A DNA stretch of 64,000 nt from Escherichia coli. Its GTDB lineage: Bacteria > Pseudomonadota > Gammaproteobacteria > Enterobacterales > Enterobacteriaceae. Below the pieces are notes generated by a model. The model was not told the origin of the DNA. It searched no databases and saw nothing but the letters and a program-made list of their open reading frames with translations. Below, piece after piece: positions 23,715 to 35,742 of the stretch (position 1 is the stretch's first letter; every line of letters starts with the position of its first letter). Both the position numbers and the translations under genes were made by a program. Location of the stretch: assembly GCF_016903815.1 (NCBI RefSeq), contig NZ_CP069973.1, one strand, 5' to 3'.

Positions 23715-24514
23715 TGCGTTTCCCCCAGTCGTTGTTGGATCTGCTTCACCGTTAGCGGCTGCTTCGTTACGCTCAGGATCATCATCACGTAGACCGTGCT
23801 CGAAAGGCGGTTCAGCGCCTGCAAGATGTCCGGGCGTAATACTTCAAAACTGCGGGTTATAAACACCTGCGCCGCTACGGTTTCGGTTTCCCGCACTTTG
23901 GTGCGTAGCAGATTGAGTAACGCCGCATCGCGCCCGTGGCTGGCTTCCGGCACCAGATGATCGTGACCAAGATAGCGCAGCGGCTGATGAGAAAGCCGAT
24001 GCAGATCTTCGTCAGAAAGCCCGACAATCGCTTGGCAGGCCAGCGGTTCCCCCAGCGCATCGGCGCGCATAATGTTGCCAAGACGCGAGCGGATGTCCGC
24101 CAGCCACGGCTGCCACGGTTCCGCCAGTTCAATTTGCAGCCACACTGCCAGCGCAATGGTGCTGTCGAGAACCGCGCGAAAACCCAGACGCGGATCGCTT
24201 TTGGCGACCATTTTTTCCGCCGACAGGTGAGTCAGCGTGTCCGGCTTTTTCGCCACCGGCTGGCGGCACAGTTCGCAGCACGCCTGCCGATGTTCATCAC
24301 TACTGGTCAGCCCGTGAACGGGCTGCGGCTGCTGCTGTTCATCGTCAACAAACAGGCGGCCCTGCTCGTCAATAAACTTGATGCGCAGATGGCGGCTTTC
24401 CAGCAACTCCCGGGCAGAGGGCGTCAGGCGACTGTCCGCAGGGAGATGGATCTCTGCGCCTTCGCTAAGCGTATGATTCGCTCTTAGCCATGCTTCGGTG
24501 ATGAAATCTTTCAT
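23711..24514 (-). CDS. eutT: Cob(I)alamin adenosyltransferase EutT (267 aa)
   Basis: ORF track 23711..24514; 4-nt overlaps with both neighbours. Confidence 0.92.
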   Translation of the reverse strand: MKDFITEAWLRANHTLSEGAEIHLPADSRLTPSARELLESRHLRIKFIDEQGRLFVDDEQQQPQPVHGLTSSDEHRQACCELCRQPVAKKPDTLTHLSAEKMVAKSDPRLGFRAVLDSTIALAVWLQIELAEPWQPWLADIRSRLGNIMRADALGEPLACQAIVGLSDEDLHRLSHQPLRYLGHDHLVPEASHGRDAALLNLLRTKVRETETVAAQVFITRSFEVLRPDILQALNRLSSTVYVMMILSVTKQPLTVKQIQQRLGETQ

Positions 24515-25212
24515 AGGGATTGCCAGTTAGCCGGCCAGGCGACATACAGGAATTTCACGCTGGATGTCGTACCAAATTCGATGCTGGAGCCTTTCGGGAT
24601 AAACATTACGTCGCCTGCTTTGGCGATCATGGTTTCGCCTTCGTGGCGAACATGCAGCTCCCCTTCCAGCACCATGTCGATTTCGTCGTAGTTCAGGGTC
24701 CACGGGAAGAATGCGTTCTCCCACTGCATAAAACCGGCGGCCATGCTGCTGCCGTCGTCTCCGGTCACAAGATCAGTCAAGCCCACGCAATGCGGCTCTG
24801 CGCCGTCGAAACGACCAAACTTGACGCTGCTGCCATCAATAACTTTGATGCCGCCTTTGCCGGTCACCGATTTGAAACTCGGCTGCATTGCACCCTGCTC
24901 CAGTGACTGTTTTTCCTTCATCACTTTTTCCATCAGCTGCGCGACCAGGCTTTCGGTAAACTGGCCTTCCGGTAGCTGGGCGATGATGGTTTCGCGGATA
25001 CGCTGGCTTTCGGTTTTATCGGCTGGCACGCAGGCGGGAACGGACGCCGTTACCGGGGTCGATTCATCACATTCAGTGATGGTAAAACCCAGTAGATCTG
25101 CCACTTCACGGGCTTCCGGGGTAATAATGCTGGCGCGCAGAACCACGGACATTGCCTGTTCGCCGCGCGCGTGTGCTTCACGAATATCATTCGCTGTGAT
25201 GAGTTTTTTCAC
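24511..25212 (-). CDS. eutQ: Cupin-fold protein EutQ (233 aa)
   Basis: ORF track 24511..25212. Confidence 0.92.
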   Translation of the reverse strand: MKKLITANDIREAHARGEQAMSVVLRASIITPEAREVADLLGFTITECDESTPVTASVPACVPADKTESQRIRETIIAQLPEGQFTESLVAQLMEKVMKEKQSLEQGAMQPSFKSVTGKGGIKVIDGSSVKFGRFDGAEPHCVGLTDLVTGDDGSSMAAGFMQWENAFFPWTLNYDEIDMVLEGELHVRHEGETMIAKAGDVMFIPKGSSIEFGTTSSVKFLYVAWPANWQSL

Positions 25213-25666
25213 CTGCTTCCTCCTGTTTGGTGAGAGATGCCAGATAATCCACCAGTTGCTGCACGCTTTGCGGGTCGTGGCTGTTTAGCTCGAAAATCGG
25301 CTCTTCGAAGCCCGTCTCAAGCAATAACTTTCGCGTTGCGGCGACGTCAGCATCTGGCATGTCCGTTTTACTGATGACGGCGATTTGCCGTTTGCTGACG
25401 CCAATATCCAGCAACCCGGCAGGCAACCGACTTTCCGGGTCATTCGCGCCGTGGACATAGATCAGCATGTCCACATCCTGTAGCGTGGTAATTAAGGCGT
25501 GATACCAGCGGGGATGGCTAAAATATTCACCCGGCGTATCAATATCACCCTTATCATTAAATTCTACGGCCTGCGTTTTTCTGGCGAGGGTATAATCTCC
25601 CTGCAACGCATTAAATAACGTTGTTTTTCCTGCCCCGACGGTACCCACAAACGCAATTCGTTTCAT
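25187..25666 (-). CDS. eutP: P-loop NTPase EutP (159 aa)
   Basis: ORF track 25187..25666; Walker A GTVGAGKTT; 26-nt overlap with eutQ. Confidence 0.92.
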   Translation of the reverse strand: MKRIAFVGTVGAGKTTLFNALQGDYTLARKTQAVEFNDKGDIDTPGEYFSHPRWYHALITTLQDVDMLIYVHGANDPESRLPAGLLDIGVSKRQIAVISKTDMPDADVAATRKLLLETGFEEPIFELNSHDPQSVQQLVDYLASLTKQEEAGEKTHHSE

Positions 25667-25678
25667 GAATGCCTCGTA

Positions 25679-26014
25679 TTAACTTTTGGTCATTTCACAA
25701 AGCGTATAATTTAATAAACGCCCTAAACCGCTGACGGTTTGTGATAACGCTTCTTCTACTGCACCCACCGAGCCATAAATCACCAACGCGCCGCTAAAAC
25801 GGTCGAGAAAACCGATATGCACATCGGCGGCTTTTAGTGCTAAATCACCGGCGATCATCGCCGTTTCGCCGGGAGTTAGCGTCATAATGCCGATTGCGCC
25901 CGCATCAGGAACGCCGATTTTCTTCGCCAGTTCCTCGCCGGGATGCGCGATGAGATGCGCCAGTGTGACCTGTTTACCGGGCACAAATTCCTGAATGATG
26001 CGTTCTTTATCCAT
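25679..26014 (-). CDS. eutS: Microcompartment shell protein EutS (111 aa), first gene of the eut operon
   Basis: ORF track 25679..26086; start trimmed to ATG 26012-26014 ([15 protein letters not shown]...). Confidence 0.88.
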
Positions 26015-26254
26015 GAGTCGCCGCCTGTGAAAAACTTTCGTGTATCGTGACAATTTTTCGTCAGAGTAAATAACAAAATTCGGCAAGCGCGTTTAAAAGG
26101 TGAGGTAGATCACTAAGAATGGAGAGATATTTACTGTTATGAATAAACTTTCATATGCGACGCATGAATATAAATAAAATAATATCGAGATATTTCATAT
26201 ACTGCTTTTTTTATTATTCGTAAACTCAGTAATAAGCTTTACTAATATATTTCA
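26015..26254 (-). promoter_or_regulatory. AT-rich upstream region of eutS, probable location of the main eut promoter and EutR-responsive control region
   Basis: 240-bp AT-rich non-coding stretch directly 5' of eutS on the minus strand; promoter elements not mapped by eye. Confidence 0.45.
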
Positions 26255-26287
26255 GGAAAACCGCTTACCCTGAATATTCAGGGTAAG
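26255..26287 (-). terminator. Putative rho-independent terminator of maeB (perfect 24-bp palindrome plus T-tract)
   Basis: cttaccctgaat/attcagggtaag perfect inverted repeat at 26264-26287, followed on the minus strand by CGGTTTTCC; about 20 nt after maeB stop. Confidence 0.65.
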
Positions 26288-26306
26288 CGTGAGAGTTAAG
26301 AATGAA

Positions 26307-28586
26307 TTACAGCGGTTGGGTTTGCGCTTCAACCACAGCCAGCGCCACCATGTTGACGATACGACGTACCGATGCGATCGGCGTTAACACGTGAACCGGT
26401 TTCGCCACCCCCATCAGCACCGGGCCGACAGTCACACCTTCCGAGCTGGAAACGCGCAATAAGTTGTAACTAATGCGGGCAGCTTCCATGTTCGGCATCA
26501 CCAGAATATTAGCGGAACCTTTCAAAGGGCTGTCCGGCATACGGTCGCTGCGAATCGCTTCCACCAGCGCTGCATCGCCGTGCATTTCACCATCAATCAT
26601 CAGTTCTGGTGCACGTTCCCTGACCAGTTCCAGCGCCTGACGCATTTTGCTCGAAGACGGGCAGTCAGAAGAACCAAAGTTGGAGTGCGACAATAGAGCA
26701 ACGCGCGGTTCAATACCGAAACGACGGACAGTTTCTGCCGCCATCAAGGTGATCTCCGCCAGCTCTTCTGCGTCTGGTTCGTCATTAACGTATGTATCGG
26801 CAATAAAGGTGTTACCACTCGGCAGCAGCAGCGCGTTCATGGCACCTGCGGTGTGAACGCCATCGCGATAACCAAAGACATTTTTCACCACGCTAAAATG
26901 TTCATGATAATCGCCCACCGTACCGCAGATCATTGCATCGGCTTCGCCACGCTGAACCATGATCGCGCCAATCACTGTCGGATTACTGATCAGCGCACGC
27001 TGCGCCTGCTCCTGAGTGACACCGCGACGCTTCATGATCTGGAAGTATTCAGTCCAGTACTCTTTAAAGCGCGGATCGGATTCGTTATTGACGATCTCAA
27101 AATCAACACCCGCTTTGATCTGCAAGCCCAGTTTCTGAATGCGCATTTCGATCACGTTCGGACGACCGATAAGGATCGGTTTCGCCAGCCCCAGCGTTAC
27201 CAGTTCCTGAGTGGCATGCAGAACGCGCGCCTCTTCACCTTCCGGCAGAACGACGCGCTTCGGCGCTTTGCGAGCCTGGGAAAAAATCGGCTTCATAAAC
27301 AGGTTGGTTTTGTAAACGAACTCAGTCAGCTTGTCGATGTAGACGTCGAAATCAGCAATCGGACGCGTCGCAACGCCCGACTCCATCGCTGCTTTCGCGA
27401 CCGCAGGAGCGATCTTAACGATCAAGCGCGGATCAAACGGTTTTGGAATGATGTATTCCGGACCAAAGCTCAGATCCTGATCGCCATAAGCTGAAGCCAC
27501 CACTTCACTCTGTTCCGCATGGGCCAGTTCTGCAATCGCGCGTACCGCCGCCAGTTTCATCTCTTCGTTGATGGCGGTTGCGCCAACGTCCAGCGCGCCA
27601 CGGAAGATGAACGGGAAGCAAAGAACGTTGTTCACCTGGTTCGGGTAGTCGGAACGGCCGGTACAGATGATGGCATCCGGACGCACTTCTTTCGCCAGCG
27701 GCGGCAGAATTTCCGGTTCCGGGTTCGCCAGCGCCAGGATCATTGGCGCACGGGCCATTTTCTTCACCATTTCCTGGGTCAGCACTTTCGGGCCGGAACA
27801 TCCCAGGAAAATATCCGCGCCTTCAATCACATCATCGAGGGTACGTTTGCCGTCATCCACCACCGCATATGCGGCTTTGGTTTCCGCCATGTTTGGTTCA
27901 CGGCCCTGATAGATAACGCCTTTTGAGTCGCAAACCACGATGTTATGTTTTTGCAGACCCAGCGCTACCAGCAGGTTCATACAGGCGATTGCTGCGGCAC
28001 CCGCGCCGGAAACCACCATCCGCACGTCAGAGATGTTTTTCTCCACCACGCGCAAACCGTTGAGGATGGCGGCAGTGCTGATGATTGCCGTGCCGTGCTG
28101 ATCGTCGTGGAATACCGGAATATTCATCCGCTCGCGCAGTTTCTGTTCAATATAGAAACATTCTGGCGCTTTAATGTCTTCGAGGTTGATGCCGCCGAAG
28201 GTCGGTTCAAGCGCGGCGACGACTTCAATAAATTTGTCCGGGTCGAGTTCATCAACTTCAATGTCAAATACATCAATCCCGGCGAATTTCTTAAACAGAA
28301 CGCCCTTGCCTTCCATCACCGGTTTGCCTGCCAGCGCGCCAATGTTGCCTAACCCCAGCACCGCCGTACCGTTAGAGATCACCGCTACCAGGTTACCGCG
28401 CGCGGTATATTTGTAGGCTTTTAACGGGTCTTTTTCGATTTCAAGACAAGGTGCGGCAACGCCTGGTGAGTAGGCCAGCGCCAGATCGCGCTGCGTTGCC
28501 AGAGGCTTGGTTGGAGAAACCTGGATTTTCCCTGGAACTGGAAATTCATGGAAATCAAGTGCACTTTGTTTTAACTGGTCATCCAT
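26307..28586 (-). CDS. maeB: NADP-dependent malic enzyme MaeB (759 aa; malic enzyme plus PTA-like domain)
   Basis: ORF track 26307..28586. Confidence 0.95.
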   Translation of the reverse strand: MDDQLKQSALDFHEFPVPGKIQVSPTKPLATQRDLALAYSPGVAAPCLEIEKDPLKAYKYTARGNLVAVISNGTAVLGLGNIGALAGKPVMEGKGVLFKKFAGIDVFDIEVDELDPDKFIEVVAALEPTFGGINLEDIKAPECFYIEQKLRERMNIPVFHDDQHGTAIISTAAILNGLRVVEKNISDVRMVVSGAGAAAIACMNLLVALGLQKHNIVVCDSKGVIYQGREPNMAETKAAYAVVDDGKRTLDDVIEGADIFLGCSGPKVLTQEMVKKMARAPMILALANPEPEILPPLAKEVRPDAIICTGRSDYPNQVNNVLCFPFIFRGALDVGATAINEEMKLAAVRAIAELAHAEQSEVVASAYGDQDLSFGPEYIIPKPFDPRLIVKIAPAVAKAAMESGVATRPIADFDVYIDKLTEFVYKTNLFMKPIFSQARKAPKRVVLPEGEEARVLHATQELVTLGLAKPILIGRPNVIEMRIQKLGLQIKAGVDFEIVNNESDPRFKEYWTEYFQIMKRRGVTQEQAQRALISNPTVIGAIMVQRGEADAMICGTVGDYHEHFSVVKNVFGYRDGVHTAGAMNALLLPSGNTFIADTYVNDEPDAEELAEITLMAAETVRRFGIEPRVALLSHSNFGSSDCPSSSKMRQALELVRERAPELMIDGEMHGDAALVEAIRSDRMPDSPLKGSANILVMPNMEAARISYNLLRVSSSEGVTVGPVLMGVAKPVHVLTPIASVRRIVNMVALAVVEAQTQPL

Positions 28587-28874
28587 TTGGTTGTTCCTTT
28601 CACGTAACGTTCACAAATAAAGTGTGTGGGCAACAGCCCCTGCCCACAACGTGGCGCACATTATTACCCTGCCGGAGTCTACAGACTTTGAGCAAGTCCA
28701 AACTATCACCATTAATATAATGTTTTGGTAATAATCCTATAACACTGATGTTACCTGCTTAATCCAGCAATACCATGCCTGTCTGCTATGCTTTTTTGAT
28801 GCGTTTAGCGAAATTTCTCAGAAGTGTGAATTAACGCACTCATCTAACACTTTACTTTTCAAGGAGTATTTCCT

Positions 28875-29825
28875 ATGAACGAGTTAGACGGCATCAAACA
28901 GTTCACCACTGTCGTGGCAGACAGCGGCGATATTGAGTCCATTCGCCATTATCATCCCCAGGATGCCACCACCAATCCTTCGCTGTTACTCAAGGCTGCC
29001 GGATTATCACAATATGAGCATTTAATAGACGATGCTATCGCCTGGGGTAGAAAAAATGGCAAAACCCAGGAACAACAGGTGGTCGCAGCGTGTGACAAAC
29101 TGGCGGTCAATTTCGGTGCTGAAATTCTCAAAATCGTACCCGGTCGCGTGTCAACAGAAGTTGATGCACGCCTCTCTTTTGATAAAGAAAAGAGTATTGA
29201 GAAGGCGCGCCATCTGGTGGACTTGTATCAGCAACAAGGCGTTGAGAAATCACGCATTCTGATCAAACTGGCTTCGACCTGGGAAGGAATTCGCGCGGCA
29301 GAAGAGCTGGAAAAAGAAGGTATTAACTGCAACCTGACGCTGCTGTTTTCTTTTGCACAGGCGCGGGCCTGTGCAGAAGCAGGCGTTTTTCTGATTTCGC
29401 CGTTTGTCGGGCGTATTTATGACTGGTATCAGGCACGCAAGCCGATGGACCCGTATGTGGTGGAAGAAGATCCAGGCGTTAAATCAGTACGCAATATCTA
29501 CGACTACTATAAGCAACACCACTATGAAACCATTGTGATGGGCGCGAGCTTCCGTCGCACCGAACAAATCCTCGCCTTAACCGGCTGCGATCGACTGACT
29601 ATCGCACCGAATTTGCTGAAGGAGCTGCAGGAAAAAGTTTCGCCAGTGGTACGTAAATTAATCCCACCTTCTCAGACGTTCCCACGCCCCGCTCCCATGA
29701 GCGAAGCGGAGTTCCGTTGGGAGCACAATCAGGATGCGATGGCGGTAGAAAAACTGTCTGAAGGCATTCGTCTGTTCGCCGTTGATCAACGCAAACTGGA
29801 AGATCTTCTTGCCGCCAAACTATAA
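28875..29825 (+). CDS. talA: Transaldolase A (316 aa)
   Basis: ORF track 28875..29825; AGGAG SD upstream. Confidence 0.93.
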   Translation: MNELDGIKQFTTVVADSGDIESIRHYHPQDATTNPSLLLKAAGLSQYEHLIDDAIAWGRKNGKTQEQQVVAACDKLAVNFGAEILKIVPGRVSTEVDARLSFDKEKSIEKARHLVDLYQQQGVEKSRILIKLASTWEGIRAAEELEKEGINCNLTLLFSFAQARACAEAGVFLISPFVGRIYDWYQARKPMDPYVVEEDPGVKSVRNIYDYYKQHHYETIVMGASFRRTEQILALTGCDRLTIAPNLLKELQEKVSPVVRKLIPPSQTFPRPAPMSEAEFRWEHNQDAMAVEKLSEGIRLFAVDQRKLEDLLAAKL

Positions 29826-29844
29826 ACCAGCCACGGAGTGTTAT

Positions 29845-31848
29845 ATGTCCCGAAAAGACCTTGCCAATGCGATTCGCGCACTCAGTATGGATGCGGTACA
29901 AAAAGCCAATTCTGGTCATCCCGGCGCGCCGATGGGCATGGCTGATATTGCCGAAGTGCTGTGGAACGATTTTCTTAAACATAACCCCACCGACCCAACC
30001 TGGTATGATCGCGACCGCTTTATTCTTTCCAACGGCCACGCGTCGATGCTGCTCTACAGTTTGCTACATCTGACCGGTTACGACCTGCCGCTGGAAGAGC
30101 TGAAGAACTTCCGTCAGTTGCATTCAAAAACCCCAGGTCACCCGGAGATTGGCTATACGCCAGGTGTTGAAACCACCACCGGTCCACTTGGACAAGGTTT
30201 GGCGAACGCCGTCGGACTGGCGATAGCAGCGCGTACACTGGCGGCGCAGTTTAACCAGCCGGATCATGAAATTGTCGATCACTTCACCTATGTGTTTATG
30301 GGCGACGGTTGCCTGATGGAAGGTATTTCCCACGAAGTCTGTTCGCTGGCGGGCACGCTGGGACTGGGCAAGCTGATTGGTTTTTACGATCACAACGGTA
30401 TTTCCATCGACGGTGAAACCGAAGGCTGGTTTACCGACGATACAGCAAAACGTTTTGAAGCCTATCACTGGCATGTGATCCATGAAATCGACGGTCACGA
30501 TCCGCAGGCGGTGAAGAAAGCGATCCTTGAAGCGCAAAGCGTGAAAGATAAGCCGTCGCTGATTATCTGCCGCACAGTAATTGGCTTTGGTTCGCCGAAT
30601 AAAGCAGGTAAGGAAGAGGCGCACGGCGCACCGCTGGGGGAAGAAGAAGTGGCGCTGGCACGGCAAAAACTGGGCTGGCACCATCCGCCATTTGAGATCC
30701 CTAAAGAGATTTATCACGCCTGGGATGCCCGCGAAAAAGGCGAAAAAGCGCAGCAGAGCTGGAATGAGAAGTTTGCCGCCTATAAAAAGGCCCATCCGCA
30801 ACTGGCAGAAGAGTTTACCCGTCGGATGAGCGGCGGTTTGCCGAAGGACTGGGAGAAAACGACTCAGAAATATATCAATGAATTACAGGCAAATCCGGCG
30901 AAAATCGCTACCCGTAAGGCTTCGCAAAATACGCTTAACGCTTACGGGCCGATGCTGCCTGAGTTGCTCGGCGGTTCGGCGGATCTGGCTCCCAGCAACC
31001 TGACCATCTGGAAAGGTTCTGTTTCGCTGAAGGAAGATCCGGCGGGCAACTACATTCACTACGGGGTGCGTGAATTTGGCATGACCGCTATCGCCAACGG
31101 CATCGCGCACCACGGCGGCTTTGTGCCGTATACCGCGACGTTCCTGATGTTTGTTGAATACGCCCGTAACGCCGCGCGGATGGCGGCACTAATGAAAGCG
31201 CGGCAGATTATGGTTTATACCCACGACTCAATTGGTCTGGGCGAAGATGGTCCTACGCACCAGGCTGTTGAGCAACTGGCCAGTCTGCGCTTAACGCCAA
31301 ATTTCAGCACCTGGCGACCGTGCGATCAGGTGGAAGCAGCGGTGGGCTGGAAGCTGGCCGTTGAGCGCCACAACGGACCGACGGCACTGATCCTCTCCAG
31401 GCAGAATCTGGCCCAGGTGGAACGTACGCCGGATCAGGTTAAAGAGATTGCTCGTGGCGGTTATGTACTGAAAGACAGCGGCGGTAAGCCAGATATTATT
31501 TTGATTGCCACCGGTTCAGAGATGGAAATCACCCTGCAAGCGGCAGAGAAATTAGCGGGAGAAGGTCGCAATGTACGCGTAGTTTCCCTGCCCTCGACCG
31601 ATATTTTCGACGCCCAGGATGAGGAATATCGCGAGTCGGTGTTGCCTTCTAACGTTGCGGCTCGCGTGGCGGTGGAAGCAGGCATCGCCGATTACTGGTA
31701 CAAATATGTTGGTCTGAAAGGGGCAATTGTCGGGATGACCGGCTATGGGGAATCTGCTCCGGCAGATAAGCTGTTCCCGTTCTTTGGCTTTACCGCCGAG
31801 AATATTGTGGCAAAAGCGCATAAGGTGCTGGGAGTGAAAGGTGCCTGA
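29845..31848 (+). CDS. tktB: Transketolase 2, TktB (667 aa)
   Basis: ORF track 29782..31848; start trimmed to ATG 29845 ([27 protein letters not shown]...). Confidence 0.93.
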   Translation: MSRKDLANAIRALSMDAVQKANSGHPGAPMGMADIAEVLWNDFLKHNPTDPTWYDRDRFILSNGHASMLLYSLLHLTGYDLPLEELKNFRQLHSKTPGHPEIGYTPGVETTTGPLGQGLANAVGLAIAARTLAAQFNQPDHEIVDHFTYVFMGDGCLMEGISHEVCSLAGTLGLGKLIGFYDHNGISIDGETEGWFTDDTAKRFEAYHWHVIHEIDGHDPQAVKKAILEAQSVKDKPSLIICRTVIGFGSPNKAGKEEAHGAPLGEEEVALARQKLGWHHPPFEIPKEIYHAWDAREKGEKAQQSWNEKFAAYKKAHPQLAEEFTRRMSGGLPKDWEKTTQKYINELQANPAKIATRKASQNTLNAYGPMLPELLGGSADLAPSNLTIWKGSVSLKEDPAGNYIHYGVREFGMTAIANGIAHHGGFVPYTATFLMFVEYARNAARMAALMKARQIMVYTHDSIGLGEDGPTHQAVEQLASLRLTPNFSTWRPCDQVEAAVGWKLAVERHNGPTALILSRQNLAQVERTPDQVKEIARGGYVLKDSGGKPDIILIATGSEMEITLQAAEKLAGEGRNVRVVSLPSTDIFDAQDEEYRESVLPSNVAARVAVEAGIADYWYKYVGLKGAIVGMTGYGESAPADKLFPFFGFTAENIVAKAHKVLGVKGA

Positions 31849-31869
31849 TGGTGATCGCCGGATGCTGTA

Positions 31870-31927
31870 TGTTCCCCTCACCCTAACCCTCTCCCCAGAG
31901 GGGCGAGGGGACAGTCCGTGCGCTTTT
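31870..31927. repeat. Second copy of the GC-rich palindromic repeat (same orientation as 18477-18533), 22 nt downstream of tktB stop
   Basis: tgttcccctcaccctaaccctctccccagaggggcgaggggacagtccgtgcgcttttt; differs from the first copy at only a few positions. Confidence 0.75.
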
Positions 31928-31950
31928 TAGGGGCGCATCTGGGATTTTGT

Positions 31951-32994
31951 TTAACGGGTGATCCACAACGTGGGCCAGGCGTCTGGCCCATGCCAGTTAT
32001 CGCAGGTGGGTTCTGCGGCATAACGCACCAGGCGAAAACGCTGACCGTCAAAGCGCCAGCGCGCCTGAATGCCACAATCGCTTAATCCGCGCCCTTTTGC
32101 TAAGGTCACCAGTTCACGCGATTTTTCATCGAATGTTGCGTTCATCAGTTCCAGTTCATTCGTCTCCTGACCGCTGTTGAACGGCAAACGTAACCGAACC
32201 GGGCGCGAGGCCAGTGGCTTTTTACGCGACACAATCCAAGCCAAATCAATGGTGTTATAGGCCCCTGCCTCACAGCTAATCATCATCAGCGCTTTATCAT
32301 CGGTCAGCGCAGTGACATTCACCTCACGACGTAACGGATCAAGCGAGCAGCGCAGACCATTCATCCGCCAGTTTCCATAATCCAGCAAATCGTTGCGTTC
32401 TTCGAGTGAGAGTGGCGTCGGCGTTGGGTTAACCACCGCGACCTCTTTCAGCGCAGGCGCGGGCGGTACGCTGAGCGGCGGTTCATCCCCTTTCTTTATC
32501 CACGCGGTTTCACTGCCAACGCGCTTTTGCTGAGCATCTATAAACAACAACGCCGCTTTTAAGCCACTCAGAGAAATGGTCTGATTGCCGTCGCGTAAGG
32601 TGATCGCCTTCCCTTCCTGAATCATCTGCAAAAACGCGGTGATGGTTGCCGTATCATCGGTTACTAATAACCATGGTGAAATCCGCCACTTGTCACCACT
32701 TAACGCCAACGGCTCGCCATCTAACAGCAGCCGTGGCGCTATCTCCCCTTCAGACGCATCCGGCGACTTCAACCCGCCGCGCTCAATACGTAAAACGGCA
32801 TCCGTATGCGCCCCGGCGCTGCGGCTCAGGGTCATCACCAGTCCGTTATGATCGCCCGTATTACGCGCCACGCAGAAGTTTTGGTTATTACAGGTGACCT
32901 GCCAGTCGGAAAACGCCCGTTGCGCTGGTGCCGCCCACACCAAAGACGTCGGCAACAAAGCGAAAAAAAAGAGAAGGAAAATGCGATAGCGCAT
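31951..32994 (-). CDS. ypfG: DUF1176-family periplasmic protein YpfG (347 aa)
   Basis: ORF track 31951..32994; N-terminal signal peptide. Confidence 0.88.
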   Translation of the reverse strand: MRYRIFLLFFFALLPTSLVWAAPAQRAFSDWQVTCNNQNFCVARNTGDHNGLVMTLSRSAGAHTDAVLRIERGGLKSPDASEGEIAPRLLLDGEPLALSGDKWRISPWLLVTDDTATITAFLQMIQEGKAITLRDGNQTISLSGLKAALLFIDAQQKRVGSETAWIKKGDEPPLSVPPAPALKEVAVVNPTPTPLSLEERNDLLDYGNWRMNGLRCSLDPLRREVNVTALTDDKALMMISCEAGAYNTIDLAWIVSRKKPLASRPVRLRLPFNSGQETNELELMNATFDEKSRELVTLAKGRGLSDCGIQARWRFDGQRFRLVRYAAEPTCDNWHGPDAWPTLWITR

Positions 32995-33119
32995 GGACGG
33001 TACGACCCCAGAAGTTCAAACAAACAGCACAAGTCGTATCTTCGTTGCGCAGGTAGCGCGGCTCAATCGGATTTATCGGATTGAGCCAATAATAAACAAC
33101 GAAATATTATTGTTATTTT

Positions 33120-33695
33120 TCAGTCCATTAAATGTGACATTTGCAAATAGTTAAGCAATAACACCGTCTTACCGTCACGTATCTCGCCAGTTTTGATCAT
33201 CTCCAGCGCCTTGTTGAACGGCAGCTCGAGCACTTCAATATCTTCATCTTCGACACCACCACCGGCGTTAGCGCGCTGGCTGTCACTGTATTCGGCGATA
33301 AAGAAGTGGATTAGCTCAGTCACACCGCCTGGCGACATATACAGTTCAAATAATTTGCGCACTTCGCCCACTTCATAACCCGTCTCTTCAATCGCTTCTT
33401 TACGAATACACACTTCCGGTTCGTCGTTATCCAGCAGCCCGGCGCAGGTTTCAATCAGCTGCCCGCTTTCATTGCCATTAACCCAGGTAGCGACGCGGAA
33501 CTGACGAATCAGAACCACGGTCTTTTTCTTCGCGTTGTACAGGAGGATCGTCGCACCATTACCGCGATCGTAAACTTCACGTTTATGGCGGATAACTTCG
33601 CCATCTTTGCGCGTGAGATCGTAGGTAATGTTGTGCAGGGTGAAATAGTTATCGGAGAGAATTTTGTCTTTAATGAGGGTGATTTGTTGCGTCAT
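33120..33695 (-). CDS. nudK: GDP-mannose pyrophosphatase NudK (Nudix hydrolase, 191 aa)
   Basis: ORF track 33120..33722; start trimmed to ATG 33693-33695 ([11 protein letters not shown]...); Nudix box [21 protein letters not shown]. Confidence 0.9.
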   Translation of the reverse strand: MTQQITLIKDKILSDNYFTLHNITYDLTRKDGEVIRHKREVYDRGNGATILLYNAKKKTVVLIRQFRVATWVNGNESGQLIETCAGLLDNDEPEVCIRKEAIEETGYEVGEVRKLFELYMSPGGVTELIHFFIAEYSDSQRANAGGGVEDEDIEVLELPFNKALEMIKTGEIRDGKTVLLLNYLQMSHLMD

Positions 33696-33762
33696 ACCGA
33701 CTCCACAGCGCGAAATGAACAATTATCTTACGCTGTGAAGTCGGGTTTGTCTGCGCAGGCTA

Positions 33763-35742
33763 TCAGTGAGATTTGACTGATTTTACCCCCAGCCAGTCAA
33801 TAATCCCCTGTGCCGCATGACGTCCTTCTGCCATTGCGGTAACCACCAGATCCGCACCACGCACGGCGTCACCACCAGCGAAGATTTTCGGATTGGTGGT
33901 CTGGTAACGGTACTGGCTTTCCACATCCGCGATGATGCGGCCCCATTTGTCTACCATTACACCGTGCGACTCCAGCCACGGCATCCCGTGCGGATTGAAG
34001 CCAAACGCCATAATCACCGCGTCGGCTGGCATGACAAATTCACTGCCTTCCACCGGTACTGGACGCCGACGCCCCTGGGCATCCGGCTCGCCAAGACGCG
34101 TACGCAGGAAACGAATCCCGCAAACGTGACCTTGTTCATTCAGCTCAAGCGCCACCGGCTGGACGTTAAATTCGAAGTTGGCCCCCTCTTCGCGGGCGTT
34201 CTTCACCTCTTTCTTCGAGCCTGGCATGTTAGCTTCATCACGACGATAAGCGCAGGTGACGTTACTCGCGCCGTGGCGCAGCGCAGTACGCACACAGTCC
34301 ATCGCGGTGTCGCCGCCGCCCAGTACCACGACGTTGAGTCCGGCGGTATTGATAAACGGCTCTTCCGGTAGCTCTTCGAGTCCCATCACCTGTTTAGTGT
34401 TGGCAATGAGGAACGGCAGCGCGTCATAAACGCCCGGCGCATCTTCATTGGGTAAACCCGCTTTCATGGAACGGTAAGTGCCTACGCCAACGAAGACCGC
34501 GTCGTATTGTTCCAAAAGCGAATCCAAAGAGACATCTTTACCCACTTCACAATTGAGTTCGAAGTGAATCCCCATCGCGCTGAAGATTTCCCGACGGCGT
34601 GCCAGCAGGGATTTATCCAGTTTGAAAGAAGGAATGCCGAAAGTGAGCAAGCCACCGATTTCTGGATGGCGATCGTACACCGTCACCTCTACGCCATTGC
34701 GGGTCAGAACATCCGCACAGGCCAGCCCTGCCGGACCCGCACCGATAATCGCCACCCGCTTGTCCACTTTGGTGACATGGCTTAAGTCAGGACGCCAACC
34801 TTTCGCCAACGCCTGATCTGAAATGTAGCGTTCAATGTTGCCGATAGTTACTGCGCCGTGCTCATCGCGAATAGTACAGGCACCTTCACACAAACGGTCT
34901 TGCGGACAAACGCGTCCGGTAATTTCCGGCAGGGTGTTGGTCTGGTGAGAAAGCTCGACGGCGGCGTCGATGTTTCCGGCTTTCACCAGTTCAATCCACT
35001 GCGGAATATGGTTATGCAGCGGGCAGGTCCATTCACAAACGCTGTGCTCGCCGCATTTAAGGCAGCGCGAGGCTTCCCGTTGTGCCTGATCGACACGGAA
35101 TGGCAGATAAATTTCATCAAAACCGGTTTTGCGCGCTTCAATCGCCAGTTTATCCGGCTCGCCACGCGCGGGCGTTGCCTGCATTTGCTCGACTTTACTC
35201 ATTACCGGCATTTCTTGTGCCGCGGTACTGGCATGCCACGGTTGATGTTCCTGACGTGCGGTGCGCAGGCGGCGGGATTTCGCCATGCCGGAGAGTGCGG
35301 CATCAGTGACCAGTTGCAGCGCGTCCGCCGGGCAATTCTCGACACAGGCAGGACCGTTTTCGCGCCCTGCACAAAGGTCGCATTTATGCGCCGTGGCTTT
35401 TACTTTGCCCGCCGCGACGGGTGTCAGGACGATTTGCATCGTACCAAATGGACAGGCCACCACGCAGGATTTACAGCCAATACACTTTTGCTGATTGACC
35501 TGAATGCTGTCATCAACGTGGCTGATTGCGCCATTAGGGCAACTACGGGCGCAGGGCGCATCTTCGCAATGGTGACAGGTCACTGCACTACGTTGCTGCT
35601 GATGTTTGATAACCGTAATTCGGGGATGAAAATGGTGTTGGCTCAGGACATGTTGCTCATCATTGTGAGCCATGACACAGGCGATTTCACAAGCATGACA
35701 ACCCAGACATTGCTGACTGTTGGCCATAATAAAACGATTCAT
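33763..35742 (-). CDS. aegA: Fe-S cluster-containing pyridine nucleotide-disulfide oxidoreductase AegA (659 aa; ferredoxin-like N-terminus plus GltD-like domain)
   Basis: ORF track 33763..35742; several CxxCxxCxxxCP clusters. Confidence 0.92.
   Translation of the reverse strand: MNRFIMANSQQCLGCHACEIACVMAHNDEQHVLSQHHFHPRITVIKHQQQRSAVTCHHCEDAPCARSCPNGAISHVDDSIQVNQQKCIGCKSCVVACPFGTMQIVLTPVAAGKVKATAHKCDLCAGRENGPACVENCPADALQLVTDAALSGMAKSRRLRTARQEHQPWHASTAAQEMPVMSKVEQMQATPARGEPDKLAIEARKTGFDEIYLPFRVDQAQREASRCLKCGEHSVCEWTCPLHNHIPQWIELVKAGNIDAAVELSHQTNTLPEITGRVCPQDRLCEGACTIRDEHGAVTIGNIERYISDQALAKGWRPDLSHVTKVDKRVAIIGAGPAGLACADVLTRNGVEVTVYDRHPEIGGLLTFGIPSFKLDKSLLARRREIFSAMGIHFELNCEVGKDVSLDSLLEQYDAVFVGVGTYRSMKAGLPNEDAPGVYDALPFLIANTKQVMGLEELPEEPFINTAGLNVVVLGGGDTAMDCVRTALRHGASNVTCAYRRDEANMPGSKKEVKNAREEGANFEFNVQPVALELNEQGHVCGIRFLRTRLGEPDAQGRRRPVPVEGSEFVMPADAVIMAFGFNPHGMPWLESHGVMVDKWGRIIADVESQYRYQTTNPKIFAGGDAVRGADLVVTAMAEGRHAAQGIIDWLGVKSVKSH

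Noticed and set aside
30124-30801. 225-aa minus-strand ORF
   Set aside because: Antisense within tktB; shadow ORF.
18418-31927. Possible CRISPR array suggested by the repeated GC-rich palindrome
   Set aside because: Only two copies, 13 kb apart, with no regular repeat-spacer periodicity and no cas genes; consistent with a dispersed intergenic repeat instead.
33059-33087. Inverted repeat ggctcaatcgg-N-ccgattgagcc in the nudK-ypfG spacer as a terminator
   Set aside because: No T-tract on either strand after the stem; it may be a structural or protein-binding element but the evidence is too weak to call.
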